NCBI GenBank assembly: GCA_035560005.1
Contig: DATMAN010000038.1
Span: 4,009 to 68,008, forward strand
From: Burkholderiales bacterium
GTDB taxonomy: Bacteria; Pseudomonadota; Gammaproteobacteria; Burkholderiales; Eutrophovitaceae
Direction of reading: 5' to 3'
Length of the DNA: 64,000 nucleotides
Of this stretch, positions 1-8,094 are shown piece by piece. Numbering within the stretch: the stretch's first letter is position 1; each line of letters starts with the position of its first letter. The notes under the pieces are model-generated. The model made no database searches and was not told where the DNA came from. It saw nothing but the letters and a program-made list of their open reading frames with translations. A program made the translations under genes and the position numbers.

Positions 1-6
1 ACAAAG

Positions 7-30
7 AGCCGGCGCGAAAAGGCGCCGGCT
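7..30 (-). terminator. putative rho-independent terminator after the cyclase-family gene
   Basis: Perfect 9-bp GC stem AGCCGGCGC/GCGCCGGCT with a 6-nt loop. On the minus strand it is followed by CTCTTTGT at the window edge. Confidence 0.45.
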
Positions 31-53
31 TCATGCCCGGACTTTGTAAGCGA

Positions 54-1118
54 TCAGTAAGCCGCGACCGGATTGCCCGGCGAGCCGGTGGCGCCCACCA
101 GCTTGAGCGGCGCCCAGGCGAACAGGAACTCGTAGGCCTTGTCGGCGGAGAGGTCGTCGAGGTCCAGGTTCTCGAAGTTGGAGATGCCGCGGCGAACCAC
201 CAGATTCATGTGGCAGTAGGCAAACGACTCGGGCATGCCCTTGGAAAAGTCATAGGGCTCCAAGCCCCAGGTGTCGGACCCGATCATCGAGATCCTCTTC
301 GAGGCGAGATGGTCGCACACCTCCGGCGAGACGCCGGGCTCGCCCGAGCCGAACTCGGCGTTGTCCTTCATCAACTGCTCGTCGCTCTTGACCTTCTCGC
401 CCGCTGGCCGGCCGAGGTGATTGGTCTTCCACAGGCTGTTCCAGCCGGTGCGGAACAGCACTACGTCGCCTTGCGTTGCATCGCCGATGCCCTGACGCGA
501 AAGCGCGGCGCGATAGTCTTCCATGGTGATCGCATAGCCCTTGGGCAGGCGCTGCACGCCCTTCAGCGCGGCCACGTCGATCAGGATGCCGCGGGTGAAG
601 AAACCTCCGGCTTTCTCGGTGCCAAGCTTCTTGAAGCCCCGCGCTGTACCGACTTCCTGCGAGATATGGCCGTTGTAGAAGTAGTCGCCGTCCTTCCAGC
701 CCGGCACGCCCTTGATGCGGATGGTCGGGTGGGCAAGCCCGTCCCATTGCGTGCCGACCTGGCCGATCTCGGCGGTCACCAGCTCGTCATAGAAGGTCTG
801 GTCGAAGTTGTCGCCCGGCCAGTTGAGCGGGCCGTGGGTCGTGGTGCCCCCGCTCGGAATGCTGAGCGCGAAAGTGCGCCCGGGAACGAGCGGCATGTGG
901 TTGCTGTATGGGTGGCCGAGCAGCGCCATCTTCCCGCGCTTGACCAGCTTGGCGGCCGCGATGCGCTTTTGCTCGGTGATGTACTTGGCACCGCCCATTT
1001 CATCGTCTGCGCCCAGTTCGCTGGGCCACCACTTCTCGTCCACCGGATTGTTTCCCGCCAGGACGCCACCCGCGCCGAAAGCGACCGCAATCGCCAGCGC
1101 CAGTTCGAGCTTCTTCAT
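54..1118 (-). CDS. secreted putative cyclase-family (kynurenine formamidase-like) protein
   Basis: ORF 54..1268 trimmed to the internal Met (MKKLELALAIAVAFGAGG signal peptide), preceded by a GGGGGAGAAA SD. The GTQWDGLAHP region resembles the cyclase-family His motif. Confidence 0.6.
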   Translation of the reverse strand: MKKLELALAIAVAFGAGGVLAGNNPVDEKWWPSELGADDEMGGAKYITEQKRIAAAKLVKRGKMALLGHPYSNHMPLVPGRTFALSIPSGGTTTHGPLNWPGDNFDQTFYDELVTAEIGQVGTQWDGLAHPTIRIKGVPGWKDGDYFYNGHISQEVGTARGFKKLGTEKAGGFFTRGILIDVAALKGVQRLPKGYAITMEDYRAALSRQGIGDATQGDVVLFRTGWNSLWKTNHLGRPAGEKVKSDEQLMKDNAEFGSGEPGVSPEVCDHLASKRISMIGSDTWGLEPYDFSKGMPESFAYCHMNLVVRRGISNFENLDLDDLSADKAYEFLFAWAPLKLVGATGSPGNPVAAY

Positions 1119-1379
1119 TCGTTTCTCCCCCTGTGAGTTCGTTGCTTCAGGATTGGACCGGGATACGCCGGCAGCGCCGGCTCCCTTTATCGTTCTAGTC
1201 GCTGGCCCGGAAAGTTCAAGGATGATCGGTCGCCGCAAGCCGCTCCCAGTCGTGTCGCGACGCAGCAAGCCGATCGATCGGCCACACCGCAGCCGTGGCC
1301 GGCGCTTGCGCGCAGGAACCGCGTGGCCTAGGCTCGACCTAACGAATAGCGACCACCTGCCCCGACACCCGGAACAAGC

Positions 1380-1775
1380 ATGCGATCAGCATTTGTGTTG
1401 ACCTGGATGGCGTTGGCCATACTCCCCGCGTCCGCGCAGGACGACTACACGATCGAGTCCCTGGCGGCCATCGCCGATCATCACCGGGCGCAGTTCGACT
1501 CGGAATCCATTCGCAGGCAAGGCGACTTCGCGCGCTTCGAGGTGCGCGTGACCTGGAAGGATCCCGAGCAGCGTCCGACCGGAGCACCCGCGAGCCGCGT
1601 GGTGCGTTTTCTGGCCGATTGCGCGCAAGGCCTCCTGGCCCTGGCTGCGGTCTCCCTTTACGACGAATCCGGACGACTGCTCAAGAACGCGATCGTGCCG
1701 CCGGGCAGCTGGGAGTACTCGAAGCCGGAGGCGGGTTCGCGCGAGGCCCGCTGGCTGCAATCGGCGTGCGGATAG
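1380..1775 (+). CDS. secreted hypothetical protein
   Basis: 131-aa ORF with N-terminal signal peptide MRSAFVLTWMALAILPASA/QD. No family recognised. Confidence 0.5.
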   Translation: MRSAFVLTWMALAILPASAQDDYTIESLAAIADHHRAQFDSESIRRQGDFARFEVRVTWKDPEQRPTGAPASRVVRFLADCAQGLLALAAVSLYDESGRLLKNAIVPPGSWEYSKPEAGSREARWLQSACG

Positions 1776-1801
1776 GACACGGATCGATCGAGGAGGAAGC
1801 C

Positions 1802-2257
1802 ATGCGTCTCGGAGGTTTCAGCGTGGTCGCGTTCGGATGCTGCATTCCACTGGCTGGAGGCGCGGCGGATCTGCGCTTCATCAATCCCGATGGCCTGTTC
1901 AAGCCTTCCACCTTCACCCAGGTCGTGATCGCCGAAGGCGGCAAGACCGTCCACATCAGCGGTCAGACCGCGCGGGACGACCAGTCCAACGTGGTGGGCG
2001 CGGGCGACGTGAAGAGGCAGGCCGAGCAGGTGTTCGAGAACCTTCGCCTCGCGGTGCAGGCGGCGGGCGCCTCGATGGCGGACGTTGCCAAGATCACGAC
2101 CTTCGTCGTCAATCTCAAGCCGGAGGACCGCGTATGGATCGGCGAGATGGTGAAGAAGAACTTCCCGAAGCCTCCGGCGCACACCCTGGTCGGCGTGCAG
2201 GCACTCGCCGCTCCCGAGCTGCTGATCGAAATCGAGGCGTTGGCCGTGGTGGACTGA
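1802..2257 (+). CDS. RidA/YjgF/L-PSP family protein with signal-like N-terminus
   Basis: Trimmed to MRLGGFS after a GAGGAGGAAG SD. Contains VHISGQTARD, AEQVFENLRLAVQAAG and a C-terminal LLIEIEALAVVD typical of RidA. Confidence 0.75.
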   Translation: MRLGGFSVVAFGCCIPLAGGAADLRFINPDGLFKPSTFTQVVIAEGGKTVHISGQTARDDQSNVVGAGDVKRQAEQVFENLRLAVQAAGASMADVAKITTFVVNLKPEDRVWIGEMVKKNFPKPPAHTLVGVQALAAPELLIEIEALAVVD

Positions 2258-2282
2258 CTCGATACGCACGCTCAGCAGGCAG

Positions 2283-3056
2283 ATGCGGGGCAGCTTCAGC
2301 CAACGGTATGCGCTCGATCTCGGCATCGATGGGCCCGGCGCCCTTCGAGGCACGTTCCCGAATCCGGCCGGAGGGCTCAATCTCGCGCTGGTCGTCACGG
2401 CGCTGCTCCTCGGTCTGATCGTGGACCGGTATGGAGGGCTGACCGGCCAGCTTGCGGCCAGCGTGTGGATGTGGGCCGTTTTCTTCCGCCTCCTCGGCAC
2501 CAGTCCCCGCGGATGGCGCCTTCCCTTCTACGCTTGCCTGATCTGGAGTGCGGCGGGCGAGATCTTTCTCTCCCTGGTCTGGGGTCTGTACACCTATCGG
2601 CTGGAGAACATCCCCTTCTTCGTTCCGCCGGGGCACGTGCTCGTGCTGTGGCTCGGACTGACGGCCGCCTCGCGAGCCCCCAGATGGTTCGTTGCCGCGG
2701 TTCCGGCGATCGCGGCGCTCTATGCGCTGGCGGCATGGTGGTGCCGCTTCGACACGTTCAGCATCCTGCTCACCGGAATGTTTCTCCTGTGCATGTTCAG
2801 GCACGAAGGGCGGGTTCTTTACGCCGTCATGTTCGTTCTCTCGCTCCTGATGGAACTCTATGGCACGTGGATGGGCAACTGGGTATGGCACCGCGAGGTG
2901 CCGTACTTCGGCCTGACCAGCCTCAATCCGCCGCTTGCGGTCGGCGCCTTCTACTGCGTGCTCGACGTTCTGGTCGGGATGACGGCGCGCGGCCTAACCG
3001 GCCGGCCGCGGGCCTTCGCGGCGCAGTTGGCGGTCAGCGCATCGGGTGTGCGCTGA
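2283..3056 (+). CDS. polytopic membrane protein, unknown family
   Basis: 257-aa ORF with several hydrophobic helices. No motif recognised. Confidence 0.5.
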   Translation: MRGSFSQRYALDLGIDGPGALRGTFPNPAGGLNLALVVTALLLGLIVDRYGGLTGQLAASVWMWAVFFRLLGTSPRGWRLPFYACLIWSAAGEIFLSLVWGLYTYRLENIPFFVPPGHVLVLWLGLTAASRAPRWFVAAVPAIAALYALAAWWCRFDTFSILLTGMFLLCMFRHEGRVLYAVMFVLSLLMELYGTWMGNWVWHREVPYFGLTSLNPPLAVGAFYCVLDVLVGMTARGLTGRPRAFAAQLAVSASGVR

Positions 3057-4380
3057 ACCCAGACCGCTTGCTCTGGCCGCAAGCGCGGTCCCCGCACCCG
3101 ACCGGCACAGTAGCGCGGAAAGCGCGGCAGACGCCCAGCGTGTGCAGAAGGTTTCGCCATAACAGCAGGAAGGAGACCGCCGCAGCCAGCGCTGCGGCGT
3201 GGGCGAACGGCTGCGGCCAGATCGCGGCGGCGATGAGCAGCGCCAGCGCCGTGCAGTGTGCCATCCCTTGCTGCGCACACCAGCGGTCCGGCAGGATCCT
3301 CTTGAGGGTGGGAGGTATGGCGGTACCTCGGGCCGCCGCCTGCATGTGCAGCCAGGCAAGGAACGGGGCGATGCGACAGAGCATCCCATTCACCACGGAG
3401 ACGGCGAATCCGAAGATCGCGAGCGTTCCGAGCAGCGGGTCGTAGCTGCGCCACTGCGCGAGCGGCCAGATCCGCGCCGCAAACCACAGTGTGCTCGCAA
3501 CGAGCAGGCACCACATCCCGGCGCGCCAGAGCTGCAGCGTGGGATCGGCTGCGCGCCTGCGCCGTCGCGATTGCAGGACCAGCGTGTACAGGGCAAAGGC
3601 TGCAACCGAGAGCGCGAGCACGGTCTGGGCCGCCAGCGACCAGAGGGGTCCCCCCGCAATCATCGCCGCGGCCGCCGCTGCGAGCCCGAAGAACGTGATC
3701 CAGCAGAAAGCCCGTACCGCGCGCACCGAGTACTCCGGCGTGGTCTGGAACATGGGCACGACCTGGGTCGCCACGCCCGCCACCAGCAGCAACACCCAGC
3801 CGATGAGCCCCCACTGCAGATGCAGATTCGTCAGCTTCTCGAGCGGCATCGGCCAACCGAGCGCGAGCGCCAGGGCGAGCGTTGCCCCGAGCATCGTGGC
3901 GACGAACAGCGCGACGAGCGCGAGGCGCGCCGCGGTCACGACCGGCCCCGCCGACTTGGCTCTGCGCAGAGCGAGCAGGCACGCCGCGATTGCCATGCCG
4001 AATCCGGCGGCAAGCGCGGCCGCCCCCGTTGCGAGCAACCACGGCCGCAGCGCCAGGAATCCGCCCGCCAGCAGCGTCGCGCCGGCCGCGAGCGCGCCAT
4101 GCACCCACGCAGCGGTGGTCGATCCGCCCGGAAGCCGCGCGCCGGCCACGACTGCCAGCACCTGGACGAGCGCGCCCATCATCACCATGGCCAGAAAACC
4201 GATGGTCAGAAGATGCGTGATCGCGAGCAGCGCCGGCGTCCAGCGTGAAACGAATGCATCCGGCCCGGCCCAAAGCAGCACGAGGCAGGCTGCCAGACCG
4301 AAAGGCGGCGCGCTGACAAAAAAGCGAAATGGAACCCACAGCGGCGGCGCTTGGCCGAAGGAGAGCGAGGCGGATCTCAC
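3034..4380 (-). CDS. polytopic (about 12 TM) membrane protein, last gene of the hemerythrin operon
   Basis: 448-aa hydrophobic ORF. Its GTG start overlaps the DUF2249 stop (GTGA). Confidence 0.6.
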   Translation of the reverse strand: MRSASLSFGQAPPLWVPFRFFVSAPPFGLAACLVLLWAGPDAFVSRWTPALLAITHLLTIGFLAMVMMGALVQVLAVVAGARLPGGSTTAAWVHGALAAGATLLAGGFLALRPWLLATGAAALAAGFGMAIAACLLALRRAKSAGPVVTAARLALVALFVATMLGATLALALALGWPMPLEKLTNLHLQWGLIGWVLLLVAGVATQVVPMFQTTPEYSVRAVRAFCWITFFGLAAAAAAMIAGGPLWSLAAQTVLALSVAAFALYTLVLQSRRRRRAADPTLQLWRAGMWCLLVASTLWFAARIWPLAQWRSYDPLLGTLAIFGFAVSVVNGMLCRIAPFLAWLHMQAAARGTAIPPTLKRILPDRWCAQQGMAHCTALALLIAAAIWPQPFAHAAALAAAVSFLLLWRNLLHTLGVCRAFRATVPVGCGDRACGQSKRSGFSAHPMR

Positions 4381-4601
4381 GGTCGCCGCCAGATCAGAAC
4401 TTCGAACCAGCCTTGCTCGTTCAGCTCGGTCCTGTAGCCGTACTGGTTCTCGCGCAGAATGCGGTACAGCGGCCGCGGCTCGCGGTCGATCAGCATGAGC
4501 ACCTGCTCATCCGTGCCGAGCCGGGCGATCGCGCTCAGCACGCGTTCCAATGGTTCGGGCGGCTCCAGCCCGCGGCAGTCGAGCACTCTGGGCGGCTGCA
4601 T
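4377..4601 (-). CDS. DUF2249 (TusA/SirA-like fold) protein
   Basis: 74 aa. LDCRGLEPPEPLERVLSAI matches the DUF2249 signature remembered from NO-stress loci. Confidence 0.7.
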   Translation of the reverse strand: MQPPRVLDCRGLEPPEPLERVLSAIARLGTDEQVLMLIDREPRPLYRILRENQYGYRTELNEQGWFEVLIWRRP

Positions 4602-4608
4602 GCGTGGT

Positions 4609-5052
4609 TCAGTCTTCGACGGCCAGATCTTCCAGCTCCGCCCGCAATGCCTCGCTGCGCTCGCCGAGCGCTTCGTCCATCATCGGATAGAGCGCCTGCT
4701 CCTCCTTTATGTTGTGCTGCCGGAGCATGATGGCGAGCGTGTCGGAAAGCTCCAGGTAGGCCGCGGCATCGCGTCGTTCGAGCGTCTTCGCCAGGTCCAG
4801 CACCAGGTCGCGCATGTGCAGATGCTCGATGGACATGACCCGCGTCGGACCCATCTCCCCGCCGGTTTCTTCCTCGAAGGCGGGAAACAGGATCGTCTCC
4901 TCGGCCTCGAAGTGCCGTTCCAGCGCGCCACGGAACCGCGCGAAATGCGCCGCGCCGACCGTCCAGTCGCCCTGCGCGATCGCGGTCTCGGCATCCGCGA
5001 AGTGACGGTCGCAGGCACGGTGCATCTGCGTCATGAAATCACCGATCGCCAT
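4609..5052 (-). CDS. hemerythrin domain protein
   Basis: H/E-rich hemerythrin-type motifs (HFxAEE, EHLHMRD, QHNIKEE). Start uncertain: Met at 5052, alternatives at 5085 or 5034. Confidence 0.7.
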   Translation of the reverse strand: MAIGDFMTQMHRACDRHFADAETAIAQGDWTVGAAHFARFRGALERHFEAEETILFPAFEEETGGEMGPTRVMSIEHLHMRDLVLDLAKTLERRDAAAYLELSDTLAIMLRQHNIKEEQALYPMMDEALGERSEALRAELEDLAVED

Positions 5053-5112
5053 CCTCCGCTCCGGGCCGCCGCGAACACGCCCCATTCTGGAGACGGCGAA
5101 CCGGCGCCTTCC

Positions 5113-5126
5113 TTGATCCGTATCAA
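5113..5126. promoter_or_regulatory. FNR/Dnr-type box TTGATCCGTATCAA
   Basis: Perfect TTGAT-N4-ATCAA palindrome about 65 nt upstream of the hemerythrin start. Confidence 0.6.
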
Positions 5127-5746
5127 CGAGGCGCGGATGCGAGGCGCGCGAAGAACCAGACGCTCGCGAGCAAGGTCAGGGTGGCGGCGATGCTCAGCGT
5201 CATGCCCATCGACAGGGACGCCACCGCTCCGCTCGCCGCCGGTGCGGCCAGCGCCAACGAGATGGCGAATGCTGTGACCGCGCAGCCGGCGAGCAGCGCC
5301 CGGCCGTGCCGCGGGGCTGGGGATGCAGATCGGTTGCGCAGATACAGCCACCACCCGATCGCCGCCATGGCGTTGCCCGCGATCACATTGCCCAGCGTGA
5401 CCGCCGGTGCGTAGCTGTCGCGCGCGGCGGCGCCGAGAACCGCGAGAAACGCAGTGAGCACGATCAACGCGAGGGCGAGCCAGCGTGTCTCCTGTCCAGC
5501 CTCGCGGCGCAGCCAGCCAAGTGCCGCAATCAGCAGCACGACCACGGCGACAACCGACGCCGAGAGCCGGTGCGCGGCTCTCGCGATCGTGCGCGCCAGA
5601 CTTGGCACGCTCCGCGTCGCACACTCGGGCCGGAATGCGCAGTCACCCGCCGCGGCCGAGAGCCGCAGGTAGGCGCTGCTCGCCAGGATGGCGAATACCA
5701 GGGCGGTGGCGAGCAGAGCCAGTCTCGCGATCAGCGGCGAGGGCAT
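5123..5746 (-). CDS. membrane protein, unknown family
   Basis: ORF 5123..5788 trimmed to MPSPLIARLALL. Several TM helices. A Cys pair (CAFRPEC) followed by AHR is faintly reminiscent of a COX15 N-terminal half. Confidence 0.45.
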   Translation of the reverse strand: MPSPLIARLALLATALVFAILASSAYLRLSAAAGDCAFRPECATRSVPSLARTIARAAHRLSASVVAVVVLLIAALGWLRREAGQETRWLALALIVLTAFLAVLGAAARDSYAPAVTLGNVIAGNAMAAIGWWLYLRNRSASPAPRHGRALLAGCAVTAFAISLALAAPAASGAVASLSMGMTLSIAATLTLLASVWFFARLASAPR

Positions 5747-5835
5747 GTTTCGCAAACGTTTGTTATCACCAAGGCACCGGCAAAACAAAGGCGGCGATTC
5801 TTCTTGATCTTCCCGATGTCCTCGCGCCTCGTTGT

Positions 5836-6113
5836 TCTAGAACCTATCTCAAAATCCCCGGCGGCCGCGGCGGGGTTGCCGGGGATGCAGCGCGAGGCGC
5901 GGCGAGGGGACCATTGGCCAGAGCCAAGGACCCGAGCCGCAACGACGCGCTGCGCCCCAAGTGACCCCGCCCCGAAGGGTTGCGACGATAAGCGGCCGTC
6001 TGCGTCGTTGGCGCGCTCGGTCGTAGGCTCAGCTACTGTCCTTCGCGCGCCGCCTCGCATCCGACCGCTTCTCGTCGCAACGCGACCGCCGGGGGTTTTG
6101 AGATAGGTTCTAG
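5836..6113. repeat. 278-bp nested inverted-repeat element (MITE-like)
   Basis: Termini CTAGAACCTATCTCAAAATCCCCGGCGG (5837..5863) and CCGCCGGGGGTTTTGAGATAGGTTCTAG (6086..6113) are 27-bp inverted repeats with 1 mismatch. An inner inverted pair GTTGCGACGATAAGCGGCCG / CCGACCGCTTCTCGTCGCAAC is also present. The right end covers the ctaA stop codon. Confidence 0.6.
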
Positions 6114-7135
6114 CCTTTGCGCAGCGCGTGGGCAAACCAGAGACTGGCGCCGAAGACGAGCACTGCACCGCCCTGATGCGCGGCGGCCAGCGGCACCGGG
6201 ACGACGAGCAGCAGCGTGCCGATGCCGAGCGCCACCTGGAGCGCGAGCAGAACGAGCAGGGTATTGGCGGCCAGCCGGGCACGATGCGGGAGCGCCGCCC
6301 GTCGCGACGCAAACCACAGCGCGGGCACCAGAAGGATGAGCAGCCAGGCGATCAGCCGGTGGTTGAACTGCACTGTTGCCATGTTGTTGAACAGATTCGC
6401 CCACCAGGGCTCCAGCATGAAGATCTCCGGCGGCACGAAGTGCCCGTTCATCAGCGGAAAGGTGTTGTAGGCATGTCCGGCGCGGATGCCCGCGACGAAG
6501 CCGCCGGAGAGCACCATCAGGAAGATCAGCGCCGTGAGTCCTGAGGCATGGCGCGCGAGCCTGCGCCGCGCGGGTGTGAGTACGGCGCGCGCCGGACAGA
6601 GCAGGTCGAGGGCGGTCCAGAGCATCGCCCCGAAGATCAGGAAGGCGAGCCCTAGGTGCGCCACGAGGCGGTACTGGCTGACCCGCGGGTCGTCGACCAG
6701 TCCGCTCATCACCATGTACCAGCCCATCCCGCCCTGCAGAGCGCCCAGAATGAAAATGCCTCCCAGCTTCCAAGCGAGCGGCCGCTCTATCCTTCGGCGC
6801 GCGAGAAACCAGACAAAAGGCACGAAGAACACCACCCCGATGGCGCGCCCCAGCAACCGGTGGATGTACTCCCACCAGAAGATTCCCTTGAACTCGTCGA
6901 GCGACATGTCCCTGTTGACCTTGCGGTACTGAGGCGTGGCCTGGTATTCCTCGAACAGCTCCTCCCAGTCCGATTGCGAAAGCGGCGGGATGGTCCCGAC
7001 CAGCGGTTCCCACTCCACGATGGACAGTCCGGACCCGGTCAGGCGGGTCACGCCCCCCACTACCACCATCGCGAACACCAGCGCGCAGCAGGCGAGCAGC
7101 CAGGCCGCGATTTGACGGCGATCAAACTCGGTCAT
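6110..7135 (-). CDS. ctaA: haem A synthase (COX15/CtaA family)
   Basis: ORF trimmed to [14 protein letters not shown]. Contains [25 protein letters not shown] and NHRLIAW His motifs typical of COX15. Confidence 0.8.
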   Translation of the reverse strand: MTEFDRRQIAAWLLACCALVFAMVVVGGVTRLTGSGLSIVEWEPLVGTIPPLSQSDWEELFEEYQATPQYRKVNRDMSLDEFKGIFWWEYIHRLLGRAIGVVFFVPFVWFLARRRIERPLAWKLGGIFILGALQGGMGWYMVMSGLVDDPRVSQYRLVAHLGLAFLIFGAMLWTALDLLCPARAVLTPARRRLARHASGLTALIFLMVLSGGFVAGIRAGHAYNTFPLMNGHFVPPEIFMLEPWWANLFNNMATVQFNHRLIAWLLILLVPALWFASRRAALPHRARLAANTLLVLLALQVALGIGTLLLVVPVPLAAAHQGGAVLVFGASLWFAHALRKG

Positions 7136-7221
7136 TGTCCGGCTCCGATAGGCCAGGCGAGGTCGCATTCTATTCAGACACTTGCGCCGATGACAGCCCC
7201 GGTCCCGATGTCGGACGTTTC

Positions 7222-7235
7222 TTGATTCCGATCAA
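7222..7235. promoter_or_regulatory. FNR/Dnr-type box TTGATTCCGATCAA
   Basis: Perfect TTGAT-N4-ATCAA in the divergent ctaA / HCO-operon intergenic region. Confidence 0.6.
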
Positions 7236-7322
7236 TTCTTTTGGCTATCCGTCCGCGTAGCCTGCTAGCCACAGTGCCCGAAAGGGCGGACGAATCTCGC
7301 CGTCGCGTAGAGGAGACCGACC

Positions 7323-7505
7323 ATGACCGATTCCACCAGAGCCACCTCGGCAGGGGGAGAAGAGTCCGGCCAGGAGCGGGTGCCCGTGATGCAGCAGATC
7401 CTGGACAACCCGTTCCTGCTGCTCTTCTTCGGCATCGCCATCCCGACCGTTTTCTACATCGTCTGGGGCGTGATGGAGATCGTCACGATCCCGATCGCCA
7501 AGTGA
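7323..7505 (+). CDS. small single-TM protein, candidate oxidase subunit IIa analogue
   Basis: 60 aa with a GAGGAG SD and C-terminal TM helix FLLLFFGIAIPTVFYIVWGVM. It occupies the same position as cbaD in ba3 operons (small-II-I). Confidence 0.5.
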   Translation: MTDSTRATSAGGEESGQERVPVMQQILDNPFLLLFFGIAIPTVFYIVWGVMEIVTIPIAK

Positions 7506-7533
7506 GCAACCGCAGCCTCGGGGAGGATCGCAC

Positions 7534-8082
7534 ATGAGCGCCATTCTGCCGCCGCCCAGCCGGGTCTGGTGGAAACAGCCGCTGGACCGCGTCGAGGGCA
7601 CCTGGATCGCGATCGCGTTCCTGTGGTGCCTGGTCATGTTCTTCATGATGCCGTACTGGCACGTGTTCGGAAAACAGAATCTGTCCAGCGAGGCCTACCG
7701 CACCACACCCGAGGCGTACAGCGCCAAGGCCCAGGCGATGGTAGACAAGTACACGGTGCGCACCGAGACCGAGCAGCAGATCCCGGTGGTGCATCCCCCC
7801 GCGGGCAGCGACGTCTACCTGATCGCGCGGCTGTGGTCGTGGTGGCCGATCCTCGAGCTGGAGAAGGGGCAGACCTACCGGCTGCACCTGTCGTCGATGG
7901 ATTACATGCACACGTTCTCGTTGCAACCGGAGAACATGAACATCCAGGTGATCCCCGGTTACGAAGGCGTGTACACCGTGACGCCCACGCGCGCCGGCAA
8001 ATACTCGGTGCTGTGCAACGAGTACTGCGGCATCGGCCATCACACGATGGTCTCCAATCTGTACGTCGTCGACAAGCCATAG
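7534..8082 (+). CDS. haem-copper oxidase-family subunit II with intact CuA site
   Basis: 182 aa, one N-terminal TM helix. CuA motif MHTF...CNEYCGIGHHTM fits H...CxExCGxxHxxM. Confidence 0.8.
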   Translation: MSAILPPPSRVWWKQPLDRVEGTWIAIAFLWCLVMFFMMPYWHVFGKQNLSSEAYRTTPEAYSAKAQAMVDKYTVRTETEQQIPVVHPPAGSDVYLIARLWSWWPILELEKGQTYRLHLSSMDYMHTFSLQPENMNIQVIPGYEGVYTVTPTRAGKYSVLCNEYCGIGHHTMVSNLYVVDKP

Positions 8083-8094
8083 CAGGGAGGGCAG

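Noticed and set aside
3034-4380. The 448-aa membrane protein, considered as a third HCO- or NnrS-like protein.
   Set aside because: It has neither the six-His HCO pattern nor the WHAHEM / NWTG NnrS motifs.
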